Assembly (NCBI GenBank): GCA_964632865.1
Contig: CAZWDH010000003.1
Span: 1-61,435, forward strand
Length of the DNA stretch: 61,435 nt
Source: an uncultured Nitrospiraceae bacterium
GTDB taxonomy: Bacteria; Hydrogenedentota; Hydrogenedentia; Hydrogenedentales; SLHB01
Direction: 5' to 3'
The position numbers and the translations under genes are program-made. The notes under the pieces were generated by a model. It did not search any database. It was not told the DNA's origin and worked only from the letters and a program-made list of their open reading frames with translations. Positions within the stretch are counted from its first letter, which is position 1; each line of letters opens with the position of its first letter. Positions 43,287-52,609 of this stretch are shown here, piece by piece.

Positions 43287-45629
43287 TTGAATCATCCCGT
43301 GAGTGGCCGCAGTCTCGTTCAGGTTGTTTTGAGTCTGGTCGCTGTTTTCATGGCGGTAGCAAACTCGGCCACAGTGCCTGGCCTGGAGTTCCGGGCGGGG
43401 TCATCCCCGGGCGACGGCGTTACGATGCTCGAGAATCCCGAGCGTGCCTTCGAACGGGTGCCGATCGATGGCGTCGAAATCATCGCCCCTCTTCCCCACT
43501 CCGACTATTTCTCTCGTCATGGCATCGTCTTTCAGGTGGAAAGGGAATGGCCGGGAGAACCGGGATCGGTTTACATCATCGTCGAGCATCTCGACCAGGG
43601 CATCGCCCTGATAGACGCATCGGTGAGTCTTGACGGGAAGGAATTGCCGGTCACGCCCATCGCGGGATATACGGCCCTTGATAGCGGAAAACGCCGTCGT
43701 GCGTTGTTCTCAATGCCGGAGCCTCCCCGCACCGGTACTCAAATTGAAGTCATCGGTGTGACCGCGTTGACCAAACTCTCGATCGTACCCGGCGACACGC
43801 CGGAACTGGTGGACGCAGTCGTGACAGAGATACCGGTCGTAGAACCAAAGCTATCACTGCGACGCCCACTCCAGTTGGTAACCACGGCGGGCGTCAATCC
43901 CAAAGGCGATATGGATCTCGACGCGACACTAAGCGCCATGCGCGAATTGAGCCCGGTCGCGCGCGCGTTGGGTTTCACGGCAGTCGAAAGCTACGTGCGC
44001 TGGAATTTCGTCGAACCGGAACGAGACCGGTTTGATTGGAGCTTCTACGATGCCGTCGTGAACGAGGCGCAGCGCCACCAATTGCAGTGGTTTCCCTTGC
44101 TCATCGTAGGCTCCGCGTACGCCTTGCCTCCCTGGTTTAAGGATTCCGAAGAGAACGTCGGTTTCGTCTGTCTGGAGCATGGCGAACGCAACAACATCCA
44201 GACGATCTTCGCCGATATCCAGCGCCCCCATGTCGAACGCTTCATGAAAGCCTTCGGCGCTCACTATGGGAACTCGGAGGCCCTGTTGGGCGTGCGTCTG
44301 GGCCCTAGCGGCAACTATGGCGAGTCCCAGTATCCCGCCGGCGGCAACTGGGGCTACGGCGGCGAGCGCGAACACATCCACATCGGCTGGTGGGCCGGCG
44401 ACGAATACGCCGCGGGACATTTTCAACGCTACCTCCGCTCGCGGTATCCGGATATTGCGGCCCTGAACGCCGCGTGGGACGCGTCCTACGCGCAATTTGA
44501 AAACGTGCAACCCTTCATCGCCCAGTTCGCCGAGACCCCCCGGAAGCGTAAGGACTTCGTGGATTGGTATGTCGACGCCATGACGGATTGGTGCGAGGAC
44601 TGGGCCGTGTGGGCGCGTGACGCGATGCCGGACACGGCGATCTACCAATCCTCCGGCGGCTGGGGATTTGTCGAGTCGGGTACCGATTTCACCGATCAGA
44701 CGGCGAGCATGGCGAAGATTCACGGCGGCATCCGCGCAACGAACGAAACCGACAGCTACGCGCAGAACTTCTACGCCACGCGCATGATGACCTCGGCCGC
44801 GCGGTTTTACGGCGTCCCCTTCGGCTCCGAGCCCGCAGGGTACGGGAGCGCCCGGGGCGTGCTGGCGCGGCTGTACAACATTATCGTCAACAACGGGCAA
44901 CATCTCTTCTACTACCACTCGAACCTGCTGGCCAACGATCAGGCGGTGGAGAAGTGGCTGACCTATGCGCCACTACTCGACCAGCGGGACGATCCCTTTA
45001 TCGAGGTGGCGGCGTTGTACCCCGATACCATGAGCAAACTTGATGACGCGCTCTTCCGAAATCTCTACGCGTTTACCTTCAACCGGCAGGTGGCGGCGTT
45101 ACGGCCCAAGCTCGACTTCGATTTCTGCAGCGAACGCATGGTGCTCGACGGCGCCTTGTCGCGATACAAGGCGCTCATGCTGTTGTGGAATCCCATCATC
45201 GAAGAAGCGCCGCTCAACGCTATCGATGCATGGGTGCGTGACGGCGGCACCTTGCTCATCGCCCAGTGGCGCTCGCAGCCGGTCGAAACCGTGGAAGGCG
45301 ACCAGCAGGTGTTCCGGCGCTGGCGAAACGGCGATACAGGCGACGGCAAGGTAATCTTCGTGCCCGACGACCGCGAACCATCGAGCCGTATGGCCAATTC
45401 GATGGCGGAAGTCTTGATCGCGCTCGATTCGCTCGACCCAAGGACCAGACAGATGGTCCAGATCGACAAACCGGACGAAGTGTATGTGAGCATCCTCCGA
45501 AACGGTTCGTGGGCGCTGCTCAACTATAACGACCGTACCGTCCACGTCGCGATACCCTCGAGACAGCCTGTGGAAATGAAACCCTACAGTATCGTCATCC
45601 TTCCCGAAAGCGACGCGTCCGAATCGTAG
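43287..45629 (+). CDS. Large secreted glycoside hydrolase, GH42/GH14-like TIM barrel with an N-terminal beta-sandwich
   Basis: 780 aa. FTAVESYVRWNFVEPERDRFDWSFYD is the typical GH42/GH14 opening. TTG (43287) or GTG (43299) start with a signal-like SLVQVVLSLVAVFMAVANSA. Confidence 0.6.
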   Translation: MNHPVSGRSLVQVVLSLVAVFMAVANSATVPGLEFRAGSSPGDGVTMLENPERAFERVPIDGVEIIAPLPHSDYFSRHGIVFQVEREWPGEPGSVYIIVEHLDQGIALIDASVSLDGKELPVTPIAGYTALDSGKRRRALFSMPEPPRTGTQIEVIGVTALTKLSIVPGDTPELVDAVVTEIPVVEPKLSLRRPLQLVTTAGVNPKGDMDLDATLSAMRELSPVARALGFTAVESYVRWNFVEPERDRFDWSFYDAVVNEAQRHQLQWFPLLIVGSAYALPPWFKDSEENVGFVCLEHGERNNIQTIFADIQRPHVERFMKAFGAHYGNSEALLGVRLGPSGNYGESQYPAGGNWGYGGEREHIHIGWWAGDEYAAGHFQRYLRSRYPDIAALNAAWDASYAQFENVQPFIAQFAETPRKRKDFVDWYVDAMTDWCEDWAVWARDAMPDTAIYQSSGGWGFVESGTDFTDQTASMAKIHGGIRATNETDSYAQNFYATRMMTSAARFYGVPFGSEPAGYGSARGVLARLYNIIVNNGQHLFYYHSNLLANDQAVEKWLTYAPLLDQRDDPFIEVAALYPDTMSKLDDALFRNLYAFTFNRQVAALRPKLDFDFCSERMVLDGALSRYKALMLLWNPIIEEAPLNAIDAWVRDGGTLLIAQWRSQPVETVEGDQQVFRRWRNGDTGDGKVIFVPDDREPSSRMANSMAEVLIALDSLDPRTRQMVQIDKPDEVYVSILRNGSWALLNYNDRTVHVAIPSRQPVEMKPYSIVILPESDASES

Positions 45630-45727
45630 ACGCAGGTCGCAGATCCCGCGCGAATTTGACGTTGCCACGACTGTTCCGGTAGGGTTTGCGCCTCGCGCGC
45701 TGTGCCTGTCACTCAAGAAGAGAATCC

Positions 45728-47095
45728 ATGTCACGCAAGGCTCCACATGCACCCGGCCACTTGTCCGAACAGGATGCCAAAGGCGTTCTGCGCATCGTAT
45801 TCTTAACCGTGTTTCTCGATATGGCGGGCTTTTCCATCATCTTTCCGCTGTATCCGAAGATGCTGGAATACTACCTTGCCCATGAAGGAAACGTGGGCCT
45901 GTTGGGCGGAGTTGTGCGCGGGTTGGAGGCCTTTAGCCGAGCCGTCGGCGCCGATGCCGATACCGGTTTGGTCGTGCTGTTCGGCGGCTTCCTCGGCTCC
46001 CTGTACGCCTTGCTCCAGTTCATTTGCGCGCCGATCATGGGCAGTCTGTCGGATCGGTTCGGACGGCGCCCCGTGCTGTTGGTATCCATCGCGGGTCTTG
46101 CGATCTCCTACGCGCTCTGGTTCGTGGCCGGCAGTTTCACGGTGCTCGTCGCGGCGCGGTTTATCGGCGGCCTCATGAGCGGCAATATCTCCACGGCCAG
46201 CGCGGTGATCGCGGATGTGACGCCCGACGCGCGCCGTTCCCGCGGCATGGCGGTTCTGGGCCTGGCGGTGGGTATCGGGTTCATGTTTGGTCCGGCGTTG
46301 GGCGGTATGTTATCGGGCATTGACCTGTCGGAGATGTGGCCTTCGCTGGCCGCGTACGGTGTGAATCCCTACAGCATGGCGGCCTTTGCAGCGTTTGTGC
46401 TTGCCACGGTCAACTGGGTGGCCGTCCTCGTCAAACTCCACGAGACTCGGAAGGTGCACGCCGGCGCCAGTACTGCCGCACGGCGGCCCGTTAATCCGCT
46501 GGCACTCTTTCAGACGACCGACTACCCCGGCGTTACGCGCACCAACATCATCTATTTCCTCTACCTGCTCGCCTTCTCCGGAATGGAGTTCTCCCTAACG
46601 TTTCTGGCGGCAGACCGCTTCGACTATGGTCCAAAGCAGATCATGGTCATGTTTCTCTTCATCGGAGTCATTCTTGCGCTTATGCAGGGATCGTACGTGC
46701 GCACGCGAAGCGGTGTGATCGGACCAAAGAGGATGGGATTCCATGGTCTGCTGCTGGGTGTGCCCGGTTTGGCGATTGTGGGTTTCGCGCCGAACCCCTG
46801 GGTGTTCTACCTCGGGTTGCTGGTTATGGCGCTGGGATCGGCACAGGTACGGCCATGTTTATCGGCGCTGGTCTCACTCTACTCGCCGGTACGCGAACAA
46901 GGCCGTATTCTTGGGGTGTTCCGGTCGCTGGAATCCCTGGCACGCGCCATCGGCCCGTTCGTCGCCTGCGTCCTGTACTGGCGGCTCGGGTCGTCCATGG
47001 CCTATTACATCGCCGCTGCCATCATGACCTTGCCCGTCGTATTGACGAAGGCGTTGCCCGAACCTTCCAGCACCGTGGCCGAGGATCCCGTGTGA
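45728..47095 (+). CDS. MFS transporter (TCR/Tet-like drug:H+ antiporter family)
   Basis: ATG at 45728. Motif A GSLSDRFGRRPVLL. About 12 TM. Confidence 0.85.
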   Translation: MSRKAPHAPGHLSEQDAKGVLRIVFLTVFLDMAGFSIIFPLYPKMLEYYLAHEGNVGLLGGVVRGLEAFSRAVGADADTGLVVLFGGFLGSLYALLQFICAPIMGSLSDRFGRRPVLLVSIAGLAISYALWFVAGSFTVLVAARFIGGLMSGNISTASAVIADVTPDARRSRGMAVLGLAVGIGFMFGPALGGMLSGIDLSEMWPSLAAYGVNPYSMAAFAAFVLATVNWVAVLVKLHETRKVHAGASTAARRPVNPLALFQTTDYPGVTRTNIIYFLYLLAFSGMEFSLTFLAADRFDYGPKQIMVMFLFIGVILALMQGSYVRTRSGVIGPKRMGFHGLLLGVPGLAIVGFAPNPWVFYLGLLVMALGSAQVRPCLSALVSLYSPVREQGRILGVFRSLESLARAIGPFVACVLYWRLGSSMAYYIAAAIMTLPVVLTKALPEPSSTVAEDPV

Positions 47096-47110
47096 ACGTG
47101 GTTCGTCCCG

Positions 47111-47536
47111 TCAGTGTCCGCTGCGGATGCGCATTTCCTCAAGGCGCGCCCGAAAAGCCTGCAGTGGATATGAACCACAAAGCGTAGGACGAGACGTTGG
47201 CTCCTCAATGAACTCGCATTGAGACAGTGCAATCTCCAGGTTTGGCGGTTCTCCGTTCAAAAACGCTTCGGCAATCCGGCCAACCGACACGTCTTCGTAC
47301 CTTTTCCATATGATGCCGCTAGCCGGGAGATTATCGCCAGGACGCATCACGCCGATCGCAAAACGGATGCGTTCGCCGAATTGGATTGCGGCCCCACCAC
47401 GGAATATCCGCTGGACAGAAGCTTCAATATTGGCGAATCCGGGTGTTGTTACCTCAGCTTCCACGGACTCCAATCGCAACTGCACATGGAATCGCGCTCG
47501 ATGACGCGCCACTTGATAGAAGGAGGCCGGCAGCAT
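47111..47536 (-). CDS. Hypothetical cytoplasmic protein (141 aa), translationally coupled to the upstream DUF5063-like gene
   Basis: ATG at 47536 shares its A with the upstream TGA (TGATG). MLPASFYQVARHRARFHVQLRLESVEAEV.... No recognisable motif. Confidence 0.55.
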   Translation of the reverse strand: MLPASFYQVARHRARFHVQLRLESVEAEVTTPGFANIEASVQRIFRGGAAIQFGERIRFAIGVMRPGDNLPASGIIWKRYEDVSVGRIAEAFLNGEPPNLEIALSQCEFIEEPTSRPTLCGSYPLQAFRARLEEMRIRSGH

Positions 47537-48033
47537 CAGGTGCCCCCAGTCTCGAGATGAGCCCTCCACGCCTCTTGCGATCGGGCATGGAGATAATGCT
47601 GGAGATCCCTCAGATGATCGCCAATGTGGAAGCAGTATGCTCCGGTCAGCGCTCCCATTGCTTGTTCTTCCCCGCGCGAGTCCCACACCTTCAAAACCGC
47701 CGCAAGCTCGGACGTGATGTCCACGATATCGTCAATCGCGTCGCCAACGGATATCGGCGTGACCGCGATGTCTTGAGTAATCGAGGCCGGCGTGTTGTAG
47801 AACCCCAGGTCCGGAAACCGCGCAGCAACCCGAGTTCGACGCTCGCCGTTGTCCACTCCGTCCCCGCCTTCGTAGTCCAGGTACTCAAAGGGCACGGGAT
47901 TCTCGGCGACGGCGAGGGCGATTCGATCCAGCAACACGCGTAATCGAGATTCACTCGCCAAGGACGCCCCGCTGTCCTCGTCCACCATTTGGACGAAGTC
48001 CCTCATGGCCTCTCGCAGCTGGTTTGGAGTCAT
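47536..48033 (-). CDS. DUF5063-like hypothetical protein (165 aa)
   Basis: GGAG RBS. The C-terminal GDAIDDIVDITSEL...W...AMGALTGAYCFHIGDHLRDLQHYLHA resembles my recollection of the DUF5063 pattern (LaDIY...W...HWGxHxxxALraLH). Confidence 0.6.
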   Translation of the reverse strand: MTPNQLREAMRDFVQMVDEDSGASLASESRLRVLLDRIALAVAENPVPFEYLDYEGGDGVDNGERRTRVAARFPDLGFYNTPASITQDIAVTPISVGDAIDDIVDITSELAAVLKVWDSRGEEQAMGALTGAYCFHIGDHLRDLQHYLHARSQEAWRAHLETGGT

Positions 48034-48100
48034 TGGTGTGCACTCCGGCTGGTCTGTTCTCGTTCCGTCAGGTTAGCATGGATTCAGGTTAGATACGCGA

Positions 48101-48155
48101 ACGGCCCGGCGAGCGTTCGCCGGGCCGTCGATCAAAATAACTCCACCAGGTGGAG
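48101..48155 (-). terminator. Tandem hairpins 3' of ompA-like gene (short stem plus T-rich tail, then a 12-bp GC stem)
   Basis: On the minus strand, CTCCACctgGTGGAG is followed by TTATTTT (48134-48155). Then comes ACGGCCCGGCGA/TCGCCGGGCCGT (48101-48128). Confidence 0.55.
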
Positions 48156-48168
48156 CCTTCTGGTTACG

Positions 48169-49266
48169 TCACTCGAGGACCACCTCAACGCGGCGGTTCT
48201 CTGCGCGTCCGGAGGCGGAAGCGTTATCCGCGGCGGGCGCGCCTTCACCGAGAGCGGAAACCACGATCTGGCCGGCGGGAGCGCCGTGTTCGATCAGGTA
48301 CTGCTGAACCGCGTTCGAGCGCCGCTCGGAGAGCTTCTGGTTGTAAGCCTCCGACGCGGTGTTGTCGGTGTGGCCCTTGATGTGGAACTTCAGTTCCGGC
48401 CACTCCTTGAGGAGTTCGGCGATACCGCGGAGGTAGCCTTTGGCGTCCGACGAGAGCGTCGCGCTGCCGCTCGCGAACCGGATGGTTTCAAGCACGGGAT
48501 ACTCGTCCGGAGCGCCGTCGAAGTCGTGCCAACGGTTCTTGGTTTCGGGATCGTTCGGCATGACATCGTCGAGGTCAAGTTCGCCGTCTTGATCGTTATC
48601 CGGATCGGGTACGCCATCTTCGTCTTCGAAGTTGTCCTTGTCTTCGGGCGCCCACGGCGCACCGTCTTTCATGTCGATGATGCCGTCGCCATCGACATCC
48701 TGCGACCAGATCGTATCGATGTCGGCTTCGACCGTACGCAGATACCGGATCCCTTCCGGATAGTGGCACCGCTCGAGGATTTCATGCTCGCCCGCGCTGA
48801 GTGCCGCCTCGATATGGGCATAGAGCACCGGCGACACTTCGATGGCCTTTTCCTTGTCGAGTTCCTGGTAGCGGGCTTTCAACCGCTCGAACTCAGCGAC
48901 AGCCCCATCGTAATCATCGGGCATGGCCAGCTCGCCGCCGTCAGGAATACCGCCCTTGCTGATGGCGGCCTCGGCCATCTGACGGGCGAGCGCGGCATAA
49001 TCCCATTCGCCGCGCCGGCCGTTCTCAGCGCGCTCGTTATAGGATTTCGCCAGATACATCTCGGCCGAATAGTATTCGTAGGGCGCGTAATGCTGGGCGC
49101 CCACACGATGCGCCTGGTCAACCAGAGATTCAACGTCGCGCGGGTCGTCCTTGGAAAGATGGGAGTAATCGCGAGAGATGGGTACCGTATGCATTGCCGT
49201 CGATTGACATCCGACGGCTGTGACGAGGAGCACTGCCGCCCCGATGGTAACGCTAACTCGAAGCAT
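48169..49266 (-). CDS. OmpA-family lipoprotein with thrombospondin type-3 (Ca-binding) repeats and a DUF4398-like N-terminal domain
   Basis: Lipobox LLVTAVGCQ. DVDGDGIIDMKD/DEDGVPDPDNDQDGELDLDD repeats. C-terminal OmpA_C: GHTDNTASEAYNQKLSERRSNAV...NRRVEVVL. AAGGAGG RBS. Confidence 0.9.
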   Translation of the reverse strand: MLRVSVTIGAAVLLVTAVGCQSTAMHTVPISRDYSHLSKDDPRDVESLVDQAHRVGAQHYAPYEYYSAEMYLAKSYNERAENGRRGEWDYAALARQMAEAAISKGGIPDGGELAMPDDYDGAVAEFERLKARYQELDKEKAIEVSPVLYAHIEAALSAGEHEILERCHYPEGIRYLRTVEADIDTIWSQDVDGDGIIDMKDGAPWAPEDKDNFEDEDGVPDPDNDQDGELDLDDVMPNDPETKNRWHDFDGAPDEYPVLETIRFASGSATLSSDAKGYLRGIAELLKEWPELKFHIKGHTDNTASEAYNQKLSERRSNAVQQYLIEHGAPAGQIVVSALGEGAPAADNASASGRAENRRVEVVLE

Positions 49267-49540
49267 TTTAGAAAACCTCCTTTTCTTGCCTTGCCATAGG
49301 GAAAGATAAACACACCAGACCCTTCGCCGATCCAGTTAGGCGAAAGGTTTTCACGCGTACAAAATCAACACGGTAAAAGCGAGATTATTGAGATCCCGAA
49401 ACGATTGGTAAAATGGAACAGGCCCACATGCAAGCCCACACCCACAACACTCAGCAGCAGTCGAATCACCCTACACTTAATTCATACCACAGAATTCGCT
49501 GTTTCGCAAAGTTTATCGGCACCAAGTGCTGTGGTACCAA

Positions 49541-49569
49541 TTGAATGGTCGGATTGCCCCACGTACAAT
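49541..49569 (+). promoter_or_regulatory. Predicted sigma70-type promoter (TTGAAT-N17-TACAAT) for the carbamoyltransferase gene
   Basis: TTGAAT at 49541-49546 and TACAAT at 49564-49569, with a 17-nt spacer, 42 nt upstream of the ATG. Confidence 0.55.
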
Positions 49570-49610
49570 GCGGGTTCACTCCGTAGCGACCGGTAATTGC
49601 GGTATCTCAA

Positions 49611-51422
49611 ATGAATGTTCTCGGCATATCAGCGTTTTACCACGACAGCGCGGCCTGCCTCCTCCAGAATGGCGATATTTCCGCCGCCGTTCAGGAGGAA
49701 CGGTTTACGCGCCAGAAACACGACCCGCGGTTTCCCGACCACGCGGTCGCGTATTGTCTTGAGCAGGCAGGTTTGACCATTGACGACATCGATTGCGTCG
49801 TTTTCTATGACAAGCCTTTCGTGAAATTTGAACGATTGCTGATGACCTATATCGCCACGGCGCCAAAAGGGTTGGCTTCGTTCATCAGCCAGATGCCCTT
49901 CTGGCTCAAGGAGAAGCTGTTCACCCGGAACACCATCCGGCGTCAGCTTGGGTACCAGGGTGAAATCCTGTTCACGACCCACCACCAATCCCATGCCGCG
50001 GCGGCCTTCTTCCCCAGCCCGTTTGAGGAAGCGGCCATCGTAACGGTGGATGGCGTCGGTGAATGGGCAACGTCGACTTACGGAATTGGACGAGGCAATC
50101 ACGTCGAGATTCTGAAGCAGATCAACTTCCCGCATTCACTCGGGTTGTTGTATTCCGCCTTCACGTATTTCACCGGATTCAAGGTCAACAGCGGCGAGTA
50201 TAAGCTGATGGGGCTCGCCCCTTACGGAAAACCGAAGTATGCCGATATCATTCGGCGGGAACTGATCGATATCAAGGATGACGGGTCGTTCCGGTTGAAT
50301 ATGGAGTATTTCGACTATTGCGCCGGGCTTCGGATGACCAATGAGCGATTCGCCGAACTGTTTGGAGGACCGCGGCGAGAACCCGAATCGAAAATCACGG
50401 GTCGGGAAATGGACCTGGCGCGGTCGGTCCAGGTCGTGATCGAAGACGCGCTTCTCGCCATCGCGCGCACCGCCCACAAAGAGACCGGAGCGCGTAACCT
50501 CGCGCTCGCGGGGGGCGTCGCCTTGAATTGCGTCGCCAATGGCCGCTTACTGCGAGAAGGGCCATTCGATGAAATCTGGATTCAGCCTTCCGCCAGCGAC
50601 GCAGGAAACGCGCTGGGCTGCGCCCTCTTTGCCTGGCACCAGATCTACGGCAACGAGCGAACACCTGACCGGCGCCGCCAGAAAGCGACCTACCTCGGAC
50701 CGGCCTTCACGGATGAGAACATCGAGTCATATCTCGTTGAAGAGCGCATCCCTCACCAGTGTCTCGGCGAGAACGAGTTGTGTGAGAGGGTCGCCGATCT
50801 GCTCGCCGAGGAGAACGTGGTGGGGTGGTTTCAGGGCCGTCTTGAGTTTGGCCCGCGTGCGCTTGGCGCGCGGAGCATCCTCGCGGATCCCCGGTCTCGC
50901 GACATGCAATCCACGCTGAATCTTAAAATCAAATTTCGCGAATCCTTCCGGCCCTTCGCCCCGGCGGTATTGCGCGAACACGTTTCCGACTACTTTGAAC
51001 TCGACCGCGAGAGCCCCTACATGCTCTTGGTGGCGGCGGTAAACAAGAACCGCCGGCGCAAGTTGACCAAAAAGGAGCGTCTGGCGTCGGGTTTCGCGAA
51101 ACTCCGCGTTGTTCGATCCGACATTCCCGCCGTGACGCACGTGGACAACTCGGCGCGTATCCAGACGGTGGACCGGGAGGACAACCCTCTGTTCCATGAG
51201 CTGATACGTCAATTCCATCGTCGAACCGGGTGCCCGGTCCTTATCAACACGTCCTTCAACGTGCGCGGGGAACCGATTGTTTGTACCCCCCGCGAGGCCT
51301 ATGCGTGTTTTATGCGAACCCACATGGATTACCTCGTCCTCGGGCCGTTTCTCCTGGACAAACGCCAGCAACCGCTGTGGACGGAAGAGGGTGATTGGCA
51401 GGAAGCGTTCGAACTCGACTAG
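49611..51422 (+). CDS. Carbamoyltransferase (NodU/CmcH/TobZ family)
   Basis: 603 aa. MNVLGISAFYHDSAACLLQNGDISAAVQEERFTRQKHD is the canonical family N-terminus. C-terminal PVLINTSFNVRGEPIVCTP. Confidence 0.92.
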   Translation: MNVLGISAFYHDSAACLLQNGDISAAVQEERFTRQKHDPRFPDHAVAYCLEQAGLTIDDIDCVVFYDKPFVKFERLLMTYIATAPKGLASFISQMPFWLKEKLFTRNTIRRQLGYQGEILFTTHHQSHAAAAFFPSPFEEAAIVTVDGVGEWATSTYGIGRGNHVEILKQINFPHSLGLLYSAFTYFTGFKVNSGEYKLMGLAPYGKPKYADIIRRELIDIKDDGSFRLNMEYFDYCAGLRMTNERFAELFGGPRREPESKITGREMDLARSVQVVIEDALLAIARTAHKETGARNLALAGGVALNCVANGRLLREGPFDEIWIQPSASDAGNALGCALFAWHQIYGNERTPDRRRQKATYLGPAFTDENIESYLVEERIPHQCLGENELCERVADLLAEENVVGWFQGRLEFGPRALGARSILADPRSRDMQSTLNLKIKFRESFRPFAPAVLREHVSDYFELDRESPYMLLVAAVNKNRRRKLTKKERLASGFAKLRVVRSDIPAVTHVDNSARIQTVDREDNPLFHELIRQFHRRTGCPVLINTSFNVRGEPIVCTPREAYACFMRTHMDYLVLGPFLLDKRQQPLWTEEGDWQEAFELD

Positions 51423-51547
51423 CCGGGGTCTTTCTCGCTGAAACGGCTTCATCCAGGACTCTTCCAGTATGAGACGGCGCGGGTGGCATCCACGAGGTCC
51501 GTCCGTATCGCTGGCACTTCCCCAAATGGGTCGCACGCGGGGCGATT

Positions 51548-51576
51548 TTGAGTGTCCGGCACGGGGGTGGTACACT
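51548..51576 (+). promoter_or_regulatory. Predicted sigma70-type promoter (TTGAGT-N17-TACACT) with a ~130-nt leader before the EIIA-fusion gene
   Basis: TTGAGT at 51548-51553 and TACACT at 51571-51576. The leader contains CGCTC...GAGCG pairing. Confidence 0.45.
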
Positions 51577-51715
51577 ACGCTCGCGGAGGCCACTGTCGAA
51601 ATCCGGAAATCCGAGCGGCGGAGCGGCTATCACCGCATACAGCGAATTGGGCCCAGGTACGGCACTGCAAAGGTGTACGACGGGAGGGGCTCTAGTGTTA
51701 AGGGATACCCAAGGA

Positions 51716-52546
51716 ATGATTCTCACCAAGTACATCACGAAGCCGTGCGTTCTGCCTGAGATGACCGCCACCACCAAAGCGGACGCATTGAAAGAATTAA
51801 CCCACTTGCTTTTCGAGAAGCGGAAGATGGACGGTCACGGTCCCGCGCTGGATCAGATCATGGCGCGGGAAGTAACGGAAAGCACGGGCATCGGCCGGGG
51901 TATCGCGGTTCCCCACGCGCGCGTGACCGGGATGAAGACGTTGGCCTGTGCCGTGGGCCGGATTCCCGAGGGCCTGGACTTCATGGCCGTGGACCGGAAG
52001 CCGGTTCATCTCGTCTTTCTGATTTGCTATCCGCCGACCGAACAGACCTCCTACCTCAATTTTGTGGCAACCGTGGCCAAGCTGCTGAGCGACAAGGAAC
52101 ACCTGAAAGCCATGCTCGAAGCGCCAACGGCGGACGAGATGTACGATTTGCTCGAGGCCACCTCGGAGTCTTTTGCGGAAACCCACGAGCAGGATCTGCG
52201 CAAGATGAAAGCGGACCCCGAGTTGTCCAAGGTGACAGACGGGCATGCGGACCTGATCTTGCTTGCGCGGCTTCAGTTGTGTCAGGAAATGTTGCAGACG
52301 GCGCGGAGCGGAAAGACGCAAGTCAATCAGCGCATCGAAACGATTCGTGCGCTCGTGGAACCACGGGTGCTGAAACATTACGACCGTCTCACCAAAAGCC
52401 GCGCTCCCGCGCTGGTGTCGGTCGAGGGCGACACGTGCCAGGGCTGCTTCATGCGGCTGCCATCGAAGTTTGTACAACAAGTCCGGCAGGACACGACCCA
52501 CATTCACACGTGCTCGAACTGCAGCCGGTTCATTTACGTCGTGTAG
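51716..52546 (+). CDS. Fusion protein: PTS EIIA-Ntr (PtsN-like) domain plus coiled-coil and C4 zinc-ribbon (COG1579/DUF164, HP0958-type)
   Basis: ATG at 51716. EIIA_2 domain with GIGRGIAVPHARV (phospho-His context) and VHLVFLICYP. C-terminal VLKHYDRLTKSR...VEGDTCQGCFMRLP...HTCSNCSRFIYV (CxxC...CxxC). Confidence 0.75.
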   Translation: MILTKYITKPCVLPEMTATTKADALKELTHLLFEKRKMDGHGPALDQIMAREVTESTGIGRGIAVPHARVTGMKTLACAVGRIPEGLDFMAVDRKPVHLVFLICYPPTEQTSYLNFVATVAKLLSDKEHLKAMLEAPTADEMYDLLEATSESFAETHEQDLRKMKADPELSKVTDGHADLILLARLQLCQEMLQTARSGKTQVNQRIETIRALVEPRVLKHYDRLTKSRAPALVSVEGDTCQGCFMRLPSKFVQQVRQDTTHIHTCSNCSRFIYVV

Positions 52547-52609
52547 CCATTACGGCCGTTGGCCGCGGGATCGTGTAGTAAAACCTTTTCAACCGGAGGT
52601 GTCACACGG

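Noticed and set aside
47989-49299. 436-aa ORF on the plus strand
   Set aside because: It is antisense to the OmpA-family gene and spans its terminator hairpins. It has no RBS and no recognisable domain.
51577-51715. Possible riboswitch in the ~130-nt leader of the EIIA-fusion gene
   Set aside because: It has some pairing potential (CGCTC/GAGCG), but I could not match any riboswitch consensus I know (c-di-GMP, cAMP-related, glnA, etc.). It is kept only as a note under the promoter feature.
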